Notes under the pieces: generated by a model
Seen by the model: only the letters and a program-made list of their open reading frames with translations
The model's database searches: none
Told to the model about the DNA's origin: nothing
NCBI GenBank assembly: GCA_965249135.1
Contig: OZ252220.1
Location: 1,632,001-1,696,000 of the forward strand
Length of the DNA: 64,000 nucleotides
Source of the DNA: Alphaproteobacteria bacterium
GTDB lineage: Bacteria; Pseudomonadota; Alphaproteobacteria; GCA-2746255
Direction of reading: 5' to 3'
Part shown: positions 1 through 13,535 of the stretch, piece by piece
How positions within the stretch are numbered: position 1 is the stretch's first letter
Layout of the letters: each line of letters starts with the position of its first letter
Program-made: the position numbers and the translations under genes

Positions 1-1
1 C

Positions 2-994
2 CGCTGGGAGCGGACGGAAAAGGCTTACCGCGCCATCGCCGAAGGCGAGGGACAAAAAGTAGCGGACCCGGTTGTGGCAATCGACGCGAGCTATGGGAAA
101 GGCGTGACGGACGAGTTCGTGGTGCCGGTCGTGCTCGAGGGCTATGCAGGCATGAGGAACGGCGATGGCGTTTTCATGGCGAACTTTCGTGCCGACCGGG
201 TCCGCCAACTGCTTGCCGTCCTTCTCGATCCAAATTTCAAGGAATTCAGGCGCCACAAGAAAACGCGCTTCGCAGGCGCCACGGGCATGACGGAATATTC
301 GAAGGATCTTACTCCCTTTCATACCGCCCTTTTCTCCAATATCGAACTCAAGGGAATTCTGGGTGAGATCGTGGCAAAGGCCGACAAGACGCAGCTTCGA
401 ATCGCCGAGACGGAAAAATATGCCCACGTCACTTTCTTCTTGAATGGCGGCCGGGAATCCAAGTTCCTGGGCGAGGAGCGGATCCTTGTGCCGTCACCGA
501 AGGTCGCCACCTATGACCTGAAACCGGAAATGTCCGCCTTTGAGGTAACGGATCGGCTGGTCGAGGCGATTTCAGACGGCCACTTCGACCTGATCGTCGT
601 GAATTATGCGAACGGCGACATGGTCGGCCACACGGGCAACCTCGAGGCAGCGATAAAAGCGGTCAAGGCAATCGACACATGCCTTGGCTATCTTGCCGTT
701 GCCGTGAAGCGTGCCGGGGGCACGCTGTTGATTACCGCCGATCATGGAAATGCCGAGCAGATGGAAGACAATCGCACCGGCGAGCCGCATACGGCGCATA
801 CCCTCGATCTTGTTCCAGTCGTGCTGGTGAACGGGCCCCATGCCCGCCTTACGGACGGAGTTCTTGCAGACGTGGCTCCGACCATGCTTGAACTTCTTGA
901 TCTTCCGCAACCTACGGAGATGACTGGCCATTCGCTCCTTGTTTCCGACCCACCCTCCGAGCGGGCGAAGCTTCGCAAGCGTGCAACGGCTTAG
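2..994 (+). CDS. gpmI: 2,3-bisphosphoglycerate-independent phosphoglycerate mutase (5' truncated by window edge)
   Basis: Motifs TDEFV, NFRADR, AETEKYAHVTFF, ANGDMVGHTG, TADHGNAE, HTAHT; frame open to window start. Confidence 0.97.
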   Translation, partial: RWERTEKAYRAIAEGEGQKVADPVVAIDASYGKGVTDEFVVPVVLEGYAGMRNGDGVFMANFRADRVRQLLAVLLDPNFKEFRRHKKTRFAGATGMTEYSKDLTPFHTALFSNIELKGILGEIVAKADKTQLRIAETEKYAHVTFFLNGGRESKFLGEERILVPSPKVATYDLKPEMSAFEVTDRLVEAISDGHFDLIVVNYANGDMVGHTGNLEAAIKAVKAIDTCLGYLAVAVKRAGGTLLITADHGNAEQMEDNRTGEPHTAHTLDLVPVVLVNGPHARLTDGVLADVAPTMLELLDLPQPTEMTGHSLLVSDPPSERAKLRKRATA

Positions 995-2150
995 CGCACG
1001 GCACGTCTTTGCCGCTCTTATTTTGTTGGCCGGCGTCATCGCTTTTCCAGCGCATGGCGAAGATCCAGATCGGGAACTTCGTGACGTCGAACGGGCGATC
1101 GAAGAGGGCGAGGGTCGAAAGGCGTCGCTTGAGAAAAAAGCGGCTGCCATTGCGAAAAATATCCAAGGCATTCGCAAAGAGATGGTCAAGGCGGCACGCA
1201 ATACCCAAGAACGCGAGGAAGTGGTTTCTTCGCTTGAGAGGCGACTCGATGCGCTTGAAAAAAAGCTTGATGAAAAACGCCGGGCGCTTGAAAAAAAGCA
1301 CCATCAATTCGGAAACGTTCTTGCTGCCCTTGAACGGCTTGCGGTGACCCCGCAGGAAACGCTTCTTGTATTGCCGGCGCGTCCCATCGATACCATTCGC
1401 AGCATCAATCTCATTCGTATCGTCGTCCCCAGAATTGAATCGAAGGCCGACGAGCTTCGCCGGGAGCTTACGGTGTTTTCAAGTTTAAGAGCGGAAATCA
1501 CCCGTCGGCAGGAAGATTATGTGCAGGAGACGAAGGCGCTTGAAAAAGAGCGCCAACAGCTCGGCAGGCTGTTGAAGCGAAAACAAAAGCTGGGGTCAAG
1601 GACGCGAGCGGAAAGCAAGAAGGAACAGGAGCGCCTCCGTAAACTCGTCGCTCAGGCAAAAAATCTTCGCGAGCTTCTGGCGCGACTGGAGCGCGCGCCG
1701 GCGATGGCCGCCCTGCCGCCTCCGATCGAAGGCATTCCCTCCTTCCGATCGGCCCGCGGCACCCTGCCGTTGCCGGCACGCGGCCAGCTCGTCCGCCGTT
1801 ATGGCGAGAAAACGGAATTCGGCGTGCCGAGCAAGGGAATCCGTATCGAGACCTTGAAATCTGCCCAAGTCGTCGCCCCCTTCGATGGCCAGGTCGTTTT
1901 TGCAGGGCCTTTCCGGGGCTATGGCCGACTCTTGATCATCCGCCACACCGAAGGCTATCATACTCTATTGGCAGGGTTATTCCGGATTGACGGCGTCGTT
2001 GGCCAATGGGTACTTGCCGGTGAGCCAGTGGGCGCCATGGGCAGGCCCGCCGCCGGCAATCCGACCCTTTATGTCGAGTTACGCCATGAAGGCCACTCCA
2101 TAAACCTGCTACCATGGCTAGCAGCAGGCAGAGATAAGGTTAGCGGGTAA
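981..2150 (+). CDS. envC: Murein hydrolase activator EnvC family (coiled coil + M23-like domain)
   Basis: Signal peptide, long coiled coil, C-terminal VVAPFDGQVVFAGPFRGYG...LYVELR; between gpmI and ctpA; GTG start at 981 inferred. Confidence 0.88.
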   Translation: MQRLSARHVFAALILLAGVIAFPAHGEDPDRELRDVERAIEEGEGRKASLEKKAAAIAKNIQGIRKEMVKAARNTQEREEVVSSLERRLDALEKKLDEKRRALEKKHHQFGNVLAALERLAVTPQETLLVLPARPIDTIRSINLIRIVVPRIESKADELRRELTVFSSLRAEITRRQEDYVQETKALEKERQQLGRLLKRKQKLGSRTRAESKKEQERLRKLVAQAKNLRELLARLERAPAMAALPPPIEGIPSFRSARGTLPLPARGQLVRRYGEKTEFGVPSKGIRIETLKSAQVVAPFDGQVVFAGPFRGYGRLLIIRHTEGYHTLLAGLFRIDGVVGQWVLAGEPVGAMGRPAAGNPTLYVELRHEGHSINLLPWLAAGRDKVSG

Positions 2151-3433
2151 TGCGCATCTTCGTTCCGACGACCATCGCATTGGCGGCGTTTTTGTTTTCC
2201 GCTCCACTTGCGGCGAAAGAGAAAGATCCGACCGATACCTATCAGCAATTGCATCTGCTGGGGGAGGTCTTCGAACGGGTTCGCATGAACTATGTCGACG
2301 AAGTTGAAGATTCAACGCTGATTGAATCGGCAATCAACGGCATGTTGATCTCGCTTGATCCGCATTCAGGCTATTTGAATCCGAAAGCCTTTGAGGACAT
2401 GCAGGTTCGTACCCGGGGCGAGTTTGGAGGCCTCGGCATCGAAGTTACGATGGAGAACGGGTTCGTGAAGGTCGTCTCACCGATTGACGACACGCCGGCC
2501 CATCGCGCCGGGCTGCAGACCGGCGACTACATCACCCATCTTGATGGAAAGCCCGTTCTTGGCCTGACATTGCCGCAGGCGGTCGAGTTGATGCGCGGGG
2601 ACATAGGAACGAAGATTAAACTCACCATCCGCCGCGAGAGAAGCGATCTGATCGAAGTCACGATTACCCGTGCGAAGATCAAGATTCGATCCGTCCGTTC
2701 CCATCTCGAAGAAAATGTCGGCTATGTGCGTATCACTTCTTTCAACGAAAAGACGCAGCCCTCCGTTAGGGATGCGATCGAAAAGTTCGAGAAAAAGAAA
2801 GGCCAAAACCTGCAAGGGATTGTCCTGGATCTTCGGAACAATCCCGGCGGTCTTCTGGATCAGGCCATCGCCGTTTCCGACGCGTTTCTGGAGAAGGGGG
2901 AAATCGTCTCGACTCGCGGCCGCTCACCTGACGATGTGCAACGCTTCAACGCCAATTCCGGTGATTTGCTGCATGGTCTTCCGGTCGTCGTTCTGATCAA
3001 TGGTGGTTCGGCTTCGGCCTCCGAGATCGTCGCCGGCGCGCTTCAGGATCACCAGCGTGCCATCGTGCTCGGCACCCGTTCCTTCGGAAAAGGTTCCGTG
3101 CAGACGATCATTCCACTTGGCAAGTATGGCGCGATGCGCTTGACGACGGCACGTTACTACACGCCCTCCGGCCGTTCCATTCAGGCAAAGGGAATCGACC
3201 CTGACATCTTGGTCGAGCCGGCACGGATCGAAGAACTGGATGGCCTTGGCCGTACACGCGAGGAGGACCTGCGTGGCGCCTTGACGAACGAAGAGTTGCA
3301 AACGGAAAACGCGAAAACAGGAAAGGATGGCGAGCAGGACGAAGAGATGAAAGACTACCAATTGCTTCGCGCGCTCGATCTGATCCGGGGTGTTTCCCTT
3401 TACTCCGATCGGCCTCAGCAACCGCCATCCTGA
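2150..3433 (+). CDS. ctpA: S41 family C-terminal processing protease
   Basis: LDPHS, PDZ GLGI loop, LDLRNNPGG, SASASEIVAGALQD, FGKGSVQ. Confidence 0.95.
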   Translation: MRIFVPTTIALAAFLFSAPLAAKEKDPTDTYQQLHLLGEVFERVRMNYVDEVEDSTLIESAINGMLISLDPHSGYLNPKAFEDMQVRTRGEFGGLGIEVTMENGFVKVVSPIDDTPAHRAGLQTGDYITHLDGKPVLGLTLPQAVELMRGDIGTKIKLTIRRERSDLIEVTITRAKIKIRSVRSHLEENVGYVRITSFNEKTQPSVRDAIEKFEKKKGQNLQGIVLDLRNNPGGLLDQAIAVSDAFLEKGEIVSTRGRSPDDVQRFNANSGDLLHGLPVVVLINGGSASASEIVAGALQDHQRAIVLGTRSFGKGSVQTIIPLGKYGAMRLTTARYYTPSGRSIQAKGIDPDILVEPARIEELDGLGRTREEDLRGALTNEELQTENAKTGKDGEQDEEMKDYQLLRALDLIRGVSLYSDRPQQPPS

Positions 3434-3450
3434 ACACAGCCCTTTAGCCA

Positions 3451-4689
3451 ATGGCAGCAAAGGACGCACGTATCCTGCCGGTGAAGACTTCCAGTGGCGG
3501 AAGTCTGCTGACGGCAAGCTGGTTGATTCTGGTTTTGCTGATCGGCGGAGCCGTCGGCTGGCTGCTCGTCGCGGGCGAGGTGACGCCCTCGGAGCGTGGC
3601 GCCGGGCCAATGAACGTTGTCGTGAAACTACCGCCGTTCATGGTTCCGATCCCATCCTTGGCGGAGGTCGCGGCGGAAGAAGCGGTGGAAGCGGCTGCAA
3701 CGGCAGAAAAAAGGGAAGCAACCGAGACGGAAGCGGTGAGCAAGCCGGAAAGCCTGCCGGGCGAACCGGCGGCGGAAACGAAGGCGGAGCCTGCGCCGCC
3801 TCCAGCCAGCCTTTCGAAAGCCGAGCCGGCCGAACAAACCGCCGTCCTCATCCCGCCGCCCTTGCTGTCACCGGCGCTTTCGCTTGCGCCGGCACCCGAT
3901 CCGGATCTCGTCGAGACAAGCCAGAAGGGACTCTTGCCGGCGATCGGAAGCAACGGGCGGATGCCGTGGCGGGTCTACGCCCGACCCTTTGACGGGGCGG
4001 ATGGACGCCCCCGGATTGCCATCGTCATCAATTGGCTGGGCTTGAGCGATGCGGCGACGGAAGCCGCCATCCAGGAGCTTCCGGGCGCCGTGACCCTTGC
4101 CTTCGCGCCTTACGCGGAGAATTTGACCAACTGGGTGCGGCTGGCGCGGGCGGCCGGCCACGAGGTTCTTCTGAACCTGCCCATGGAACCGCTGAACTAT
4201 CCGGCGAACGATCCCGGCCCGCAGGCCTTGCTCACGAGCCTAAGCCCGGCCCGCAACCTCGATCGTCTCGAATGGACGCTGTCGCGGGTGACCGGGTATG
4301 TTGGCGTGACGAATTACATGGGCTCGCGTTTCACGACCTCGTCGACATCGTTGAAGCCCGTGCTGAAGGCGCTCAAGGGCCGTGGTCTTCTTTTCCTCGA
4401 CAGCCGGTCCTCCTCGCGAAGCCTGGTGTCAGAAGTGGCAGGCGAATTGGCATTGCCCTGGGTGGCGAACAATCGCTTCCTCGATAACCAGGCTTCGCGC
4501 ATCGCAATTGATTCGGAACTCGAGGCGATCGAAACCGTGGCCCGCAGTCAGGGCCATGCGGTTGGCATCGGCTTTCCGTATCCGGTCACGCTCGAGCGAC
4601 TCGCCGTCTGGATACCCACCCTGCGGAAGAAGGGGCTCGTGCTTACGCCAATCAGTGCGATCGCACAGACAGCAGAAAAATCGGAATGA
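3451..4689 (+). CDS. Divergent polysaccharide deacetylase family protein (YibQ-like)
   Basis: N-terminal TM helix, Pro/Ala/Glu linker, GHEVLLNLPMEP, NYMGSRFT, FLDSRS; usual position after ctpA. Confidence 0.9.
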   Translation: MAAKDARILPVKTSSGGSLLTASWLILVLLIGGAVGWLLVAGEVTPSERGAGPMNVVVKLPPFMVPIPSLAEVAAEEAVEAAATAEKREATETEAVSKPESLPGEPAAETKAEPAPPPASLSKAEPAEQTAVLIPPPLLSPALSLAPAPDPDLVETSQKGLLPAIGSNGRMPWRVYARPFDGADGRPRIAIVINWLGLSDAATEAAIQELPGAVTLAFAPYAENLTNWVRLARAAGHEVLLNLPMEPLNYPANDPGPQALLTSLSPARNLDRLEWTLSRVTGYVGVTNYMGSRFTTSSTSLKPVLKALKGRGLLFLDSRSSSRSLVSEVAGELALPWVANNRFLDNQASRIAIDSELEAIETVARSQGHAVGIGFPYPVTLERLAVWIPTLRKKGLVLTPISAIAQTAEKSE

Positions 4690-5195
4690 AGAAAGCGGAA
4701 GCCGAAGCCGAAGCCGAAGCCCTTCCCTACCGTCCGGGCGTCGGTATCTTGTTATTGAACCGGCATGGCAAGGTCTTCGTCGGTAGCCGCATCGATATGC
4801 GCAGTGACGCTTGGCAGATGCCGCAAGGTGGCATCGATCCAGGCGAGACGCCCGAGCAGGCCGCCTTTCGTGAATTCGGGGAAGAAGTCGGGACGGACAA
4901 GGCAGAGATCGTCGCCGAAAGCGGGGATTGGTACTTTTACGATCTGCCGGACGAGCTTTTGGGGAAGATTTGGGGCGGTAAATACCGCGGTCAGAAGCAG
5001 AAATGGTTTGTTTTCCGCTTCTTAGGCGAAGATTCGGACATCCGGATCGATGGCGTGCATCGGGAATTCCACGAGTGGCGATGGGTCGATTTCGAGGAGC
5101 TCCCCGGTCTTGCCATTCCCTTTAAGCGTCGGTTGTACGAGGCGCTCGTCGCTGAGTTTGCGCCGGTTGTACAGGCGGCCTCAAAGCGTTCGTAA
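4686..5195 (+). CDS. rppH: RNA pyrophosphohydrolase
   Basis: LPYRPGVG, Nudix box WQMPQGGIDPGE...REFGEEVG, YRGQKQKWF, FKRRLY. Confidence 0.95.
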   Translation: MKKAEAEAEAEALPYRPGVGILLLNRHGKVFVGSRIDMRSDAWQMPQGGIDPGETPEQAAFREFGEEVGTDKAEIVAESGDWYFYDLPDELLGKIWGGKYRGQKQKWFVFRFLGEDSDIRIDGVHREFHEWRWVDFEELPGLAIPFKRRLYEALVAEFAPVVQAASKRS

Positions 5196-5210
5196 AAGAG
5201 CGACCGGGTT

Positions 5211-6020
5211 TTAAGCAGCGAGGTTTCGTGCGCGCCACTGCATGAAACGATGGGCACCCTTCGCAAGCCACTGAAGCTTACGATCGCTTAAGCGGACGGC
5301 CGCCGCCTTCATCGTCATCGTAAGTGCACGCTCCAAGTGACGTGGCCGGTAGTAGCGGTAGGCCCGCTTTAAATATTCGGCGCTGCTTTTCTTTCGGACG
5401 TATGGCCCGCGCTCATCATTTGCGCAGAAGTATGCGAAAGCAAGTTCGTCGTCTTCCGATTCGATAATGCGCCCCAAGGCGATGCGGAGACGTTGAAGCA
5501 CGTTCAAGCGGTCGTCTGCGTAATAGCGCTTCATATGCGTGTAGAAAAGCTTGTAGTGGCGGAATTCATCGCTTGCGATGTTTCGGCAGATCGCCTTCAG
5601 CACCGGTTCGTCCGACGCATCGGCGAGCGCCGAATAATACGAACTGGTTCCCACCTCGACGATGCAACGGGAGATAAGCTCGCCGGTGCGAGATCCACGC
5701 ACCGATGAAACGGATTCGACCGGAATCTTGAATCCTTCCGTGAACCGGCGGAAACTTTTCTTGAAGTCGAAGGTCGAGTCCGCTATTTCCGCCCAGCGAC
5801 GCAGCGCCTCGCCGTGCTGTTCTTCTTCCTTTGCCCAGGTCCGGGCCGCTTCCTGAAATTCCGGGTCGTCGTGAAAGATATTGCAAAGATAGTCCGCATA
5901 GTCGGCGGCATTGCGCTCGACCATACTGGCCGCCTTGGCAATGCAGAGCAGGTCCGCATCGACTTTTGCGGCGTCGAACGCTTCCCAAGGGATGTCGTCA
6001 AGGGTCCAGTGCTTGGACAT
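5211..6020 (-). CDS. Ferritin-like di-iron domain protein of unknown function
   Basis: Two ExxH motifs (EEEQH, DEFRH) with preceding Glu helices; ATG at 6020 after GAGGG. Confidence 0.8.
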   Translation of the reverse strand: MSKHWTLDDIPWEAFDAAKVDADLLCIAKAASMVERNAADYADYLCNIFHDDPEFQEAARTWAKEEEQHGEALRRWAEIADSTFDFKKSFRRFTEGFKIPVESVSSVRGSRTGELISRCIVEVGTSSYYSALADASDEPVLKAICRNIASDEFRHYKLFYTHMKRYYADDRLNVLQRLRIALGRIIESEDDELAFAYFCANDERGPYVRKKSSAEYLKRAYRYYRPRHLERALTMTMKAAAVRLSDRKLQWLAKGAHRFMQWRARNLAA

Positions 6021-6107
6021 GCTGCCCTCGTATGCAGGCGTTTCCAAAAGTATAGGTGGCCGTCGATGGCCTGCCAAGAAGCTGGAAAACCAAAGCAGGT
6101 CTAGGGA

Positions 6108-6515
6108 TTAAGCCTTGGCCCAGCCGTCCAGCGCGGCAAGCATCGCGTCTGTGATGGCAAGCTCGGCCTGGGCCCCCGTATCGTCGGGATGCGCCTGAAG
6201 GTCCTCCTTCGCGTTCGCCTGGCGCTGCTCGATCTTTACGCGGTCCATCTCGGCGACCGGGATCGCCACTTCCGTCAGCACCGTGCAGCGTTCCGGGGTC
6301 GCCTCCGCGAAACCGCCGGCGACGAACAGGCCGGTCGTCTCATCGCCTTCTTCGTGGACCTCGATGATGCCGGGCCGCACGCTTGAAAGAAACGGCGCAT
6401 GCCCCGGCAGGACGGCGAAATCCCCTTCCGATCCGGGCACGACGACGAAGTCGACGTTGCGGGAAACGAGTAGCTTCTCCGGAGAGACGAGTTCGAAGAC
6501 GACCTTGTCGGCCAT
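6108..6515 (-). CDS. atpC: ATP synthase F1 epsilon subunit
   Basis: FELVSPE, VVVPGSEGDFAVLPGHAP, GGFAE; last gene of F1 operon. Confidence 0.97.
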   Translation of the reverse strand: MADKVVFELVSPEKLLVSRNVDFVVVPGSEGDFAVLPGHAPFLSSVRPGIIEVHEEGDETTGLFVAGGFAEATPERCTVLTEVAIPVAEMDRVKIEQRQANAKEDLQAHPDDTGAQAELAITDAMLAALDGWAKA

Positions 6516-6527
6516 GGCTTCTGCTCC

Positions 6528-8875
<2,348 letters not shown>

Positions 8876-8900
8876 ACAGGCTTGGTCCGATACAGACAGT

Positions 8901-10429
<1,529 letters not shown>

Positions 10430-10430
<1 letters not shown>

Positions 10431-10990
10431 TATGCAGTTCCCTTCATGGCGATTTTCAAGCGTTCGAGTTGTGAGCGAAGTGAATTGTCCATCATCCGCG
10501 AGCCAAGTCGGATGACCAACCCGCCGAGCAGGCTCGGCTCCAATTTGGGACGAATGGTAACGTCGCTGCCGATGGCCGCCTTCAAGGCCTTCCGGATGGA
10601 GGCGAGCTGGGCGTCGTTCAAGGCCTTCGCCGAGGCCACCTCGGCCGTCACCTCGCCGCGATGGGCGGCAAGCATCTCGCGAAACGCCCGGATCATGGCG
10701 GGAAGCGCAAAAAGCCGCCGGTTCCTGGCGAGAAGCCCCAGAAACTTAGCAACCAGTTCGGAAAAGTCGGCCGCTGCGGCGATCGCGCCGATGGCGGCGG
10801 CTGCCTCGTCGCGGGAAAGAACGGGGCTGCGGATCATCCGACGGAGATCGGCGCTTTCGTCGATCATCGCCTGAAGACCGTCCAGATCGGCAGCGACCGA
10901 ATTCAGCAATTTTTGCTCGTCGGCGAGTTCGAAGAGCGCGGTGGCATAGCGACTGGCGAGACCGGAAACACCGGCGGCTTCGGATGACAC
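10430..10990 (-). CDS. atpH: ATP synthase F1 delta subunit
   Basis: [30 protein letters not shown]; GTG start. Confidence 0.96.
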
Positions 10991-11033
10991 CTTTGAGATC
11001 CCTTAAAGTACCTATCGAGGGTGAAACCGATCG

Positions 11034-11071
11034 TTAAGGGATGAACCCTGGATTAAGGGATGAACCCTGGA
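11034..11071. repeat. 19-nt tandem repeat x2 (TTAAGGGATGAACCCTGGA) upstream of atpH
   Basis: Exact copies at 11034-11052 and 11053-11071; degenerate units on both sides. Confidence 0.9.
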
Positions 11072-11128
11072 TTTAGAGGATCGGACTCGGTAGCCAGAGA
11101 GGGCGCCCCTCCTTGAAAAATCAGCGGA

Positions 11129-11157
11129 TACCTAGCATAGGGATTGGGCCGTTGCAA
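11129..11157 (-). promoter_or_regulatory. Candidate sigma70 promoter of the atp operon
   Basis: Minus strand TTGCAA-N17-TAGGTA. Confidence 0.4.
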
Positions 11158-11208
11158 CCGGAGGACGGCCTCGTTTTTCCTCGATTCTCAAGTGGTTTCG
11201 CCGCGCGT

Positions 11209-13458
11209 TCAGAGGAAGCTATAGGGGTCAATATCGATCTGAAGTTTGACGCCACTTGGCGGCAGATTCGGGTCGAGCCAATGATGCAGTGCCTTCTGGA
11301 GCATGGCATTCGGTCCGGCTTTCATGAGCAGGCGCGTGCGGTGCTTGCCACGCAGCATGGCGAGCGGTGCGGGCGCCGGGCCAAGCACGTGGATGGTTCC
11401 CTCTTCCGGGGCGGTGCGGCGCAAGCGTTGGGCGTAACGCGCGACTTTGCTGCTATCCACGCCGGAGACGATCAAGGCGGCCAACTTCCCGAAGGGCGGC
11501 ATGCCTTCCGCCTCGCGCGCGCGCGCCTCCGTTTCCAGGAAGGAATCGCGATTGCCAGTGGCCAGCGCCTGCATGACGGGGGTTTCCGGGAGGTGGGTCT
11601 GCAAATAGGCGCACCCCGGCCGTGCTTCCCGGCCGGCCCGGCCCGCCACCTGATGGAGCATCTGGTAGCACCGCTCGCCGGCACGCAGGTCGCCGCCGGC
11701 AAGGCCAAGGTCTGCGTCCACGACTCCGACCAGGGTAAGGTTCGGAAAGTGATGGCCTTTTGCCATCACCTGGGTGCCGACAAGAAGGTCGATCTCGCCC
11801 ACCTGCATGCGCCGCACGAGGTCAGCGGCGGCGGTGGCGGTGCCGATGGTATCGCTCGTCATGATGGCGATGCGGGCCGTTGGAAAGCGTGTGCTCACTT
11901 CCTCCGCCAGGCGCTCGACGCCGGGGCCGCAAGGCACGAGCCGGTCCGTCGCCCCGCAGGCCGGACAAACCGAAGGCGCCGTCTCCGAATACCCGCAATG
12001 ATGGCAAAGCAAGCGTTCGGCCTGGCGGTGCGCGACCAGCCACGCCGTGCAGGCCGGGCATTGGAAACGGTGCCCGCAGTTCCTGCAAAGGGTAAGCGGC
12101 GCATAGCCGCGCCGATTGAGAAACAGCATGGCCTGTTCGCCTGCGTTCAGCGTTTCCTCCAAGGCGGCACTCAGGGTCGGTGAAAGCCAGCCGCCGCGGG
12201 GTGGCGGGTCCTTGCGAAGGTCGATCAGCCGGATCGTAGGCAGGTTGGCGCCGGCGTGGCGGTCTGGCAGATGCAGATGCGCATAGCGGCCGGCTTTCGC
12301 GTTCCGCATCGTTTCGAGTGAGGGCGTCGCAGACGCGAGCACAATCGGCAACTTTCCTAATTTCGCCCGGACGATGGCCATGTCCCGGGCCTGATAAATC
12401 ACACCTTCTTCCTGTTTGTAGGAAACATCGTGTTCTTCATCGACGACGATGAGACCGAGTTCAGGGAAGGGAAGGAAAAGGGCGGAACGGGCACCTACGA
12501 CGATGCGGGCTTCTCCTTCCGCGACCGCGCGCCACGTGCGCCTGCGTTCGGCCCGGCCGAGTTCGGAATGCCAGACGGCGGGACGCGCTCCGAAGCGTTC
12601 CTCGAAGCGCATCAGCCATTGTGCGCTAAGCGCGATCTCAGGCAACAGAACGAGGGCCTGCTTGCCGAGCCGAAGCGCGTGGCCGAGGGCTTCGAAATAA
12701 ACTTCCGTCTTGCCGGAACCGGTGACGCCATCCAGCAGGCTGGGCTGAAACCCGCCTTCCGTGATGGCAAGCTTCAAGGCGTCGGCGGCGCTTCGTTGGG
12801 GGGCGGAAAGCGTAGGTCCTTCGTGTTTCCCATCCGGTTGCGCCAAGGGGGAAGGCAAAAGCTGCACCGCCTCGAGGATGCCGGCGTGGATAAGGCCCTG
12901 GATGACGGTGGCGCCGACGCCTGCCTTTCGGGCAAGGGCCGCCTTCGCAAGCGGCGCGTTTCCAGAATTTATAAGAAAGTCAATGACTTGATTTCGTTTC
13001 GGCGTGAGGCGGCCCGACCTTTCCAAGGCCATTTGGTCCAAGGCCATTTGGTCCAAGGCTATTTGGCGCAGGCGCAGCCCTTCCAGTTGCCTTGGCGCTT
13101 GCAGCGCTTCGGGGATGCTCATCGTCATTCGAAGCACGAGGCCCATCGGCGTCATCGTATAGGCCGCCACCCATTCGACGAAGCGGCGAAGGACCGCCGG
13201 CATGCGGGGTGCAGCCAAACGTTCGGCAACCGCCTTCAGTTTGATGGCGTCGTCATGCGGCTGCTCCGCCGCGGCTTCGTCCCAGACGACGCCAATCGCT
13301 TCGCGTCCTGCCAGCGGGACGCGCACGTAATCGCCGGGACAAAGGCCTGCGTCGGGTGTCGCGCAATAGTCGTAAGGGTGCGCAAGCCGATAGGGGAGCA
13401 GAACCGGAAGACGGACTTCCGTTTCAGGCGTTCGGACGCTGGCAGAGGCCAATGGCAT
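11209..13458 (-). CDS. priA: Primosomal protein N'
   Basis: GVTGSGKTEVY, DEEH, SATPS, LNRRGY, four CxxC pairs, QVAGRAGR. Confidence 0.98.
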   Translation of the reverse strand: MPLASASVRTPETEVRLPVLLPYRLAHPYDYCATPDAGLCPGDYVRVPLAGREAIGVVWDEAAAEQPHDDAIKLKAVAERLAAPRMPAVLRRFVEWVAAYTMTPMGLVLRMTMSIPEALQAPRQLEGLRLRQIALDQMALDQMALERSGRLTPKRNQVIDFLINSGNAPLAKAALARKAGVGATVIQGLIHAGILEAVQLLPSPLAQPDGKHEGPTLSAPQRSAADALKLAITEGGFQPSLLDGVTGSGKTEVYFEALGHALRLGKQALVLLPEIALSAQWLMRFEERFGARPAVWHSELGRAERRRTWRAVAEGEARIVVGARSALFLPFPELGLIVVDEEHDVSYKQEEGVIYQARDMAIVRAKLGKLPIVLASATPSLETMRNAKAGRYAHLHLPDRHAGANLPTIRLIDLRKDPPPRGGWLSPTLSAALEETLNAGEQAMLFLNRRGYAPLTLCRNCGHRFQCPACTAWLVAHRQAERLLCHHCGYSETAPSVCPACGATDRLVPCGPGVERLAEEVSTRFPTARIAIMTSDTIGTATAAADLVRRMQVGEIDLLVGTQVMAKGHHFPNLTLVGVVDADLGLAGGDLRAGERCYQMLHQVAGRAGREARPGCAYLQTHLPETPVMQALATGNRDSFLETEARAREAEGMPPFGKLAALIVSGVDSSKVARYAQRLRRTAPEEGTIHVLGPAPAPLAMLRGKHRTRLLMKAGPNAMLQKALHHWLDPNLPPSGVKLQIDIDPYSFL
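13022..13066. repeat. 15-nt tandem repeat x3 inside priA
   Basis: TCCAAGGC(C/T)ATTTGG x3, encodes QIALD-QMALD-QMALE. Confidence 0.9.
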
Positions 13459-13535
13459 AGACTACACTCTAGTCAAGGCTCGAAGCTGGGGCCAGCGACC
13501 CTTTATGCGCTCGGCGAATCCATTCGGAAACTACA

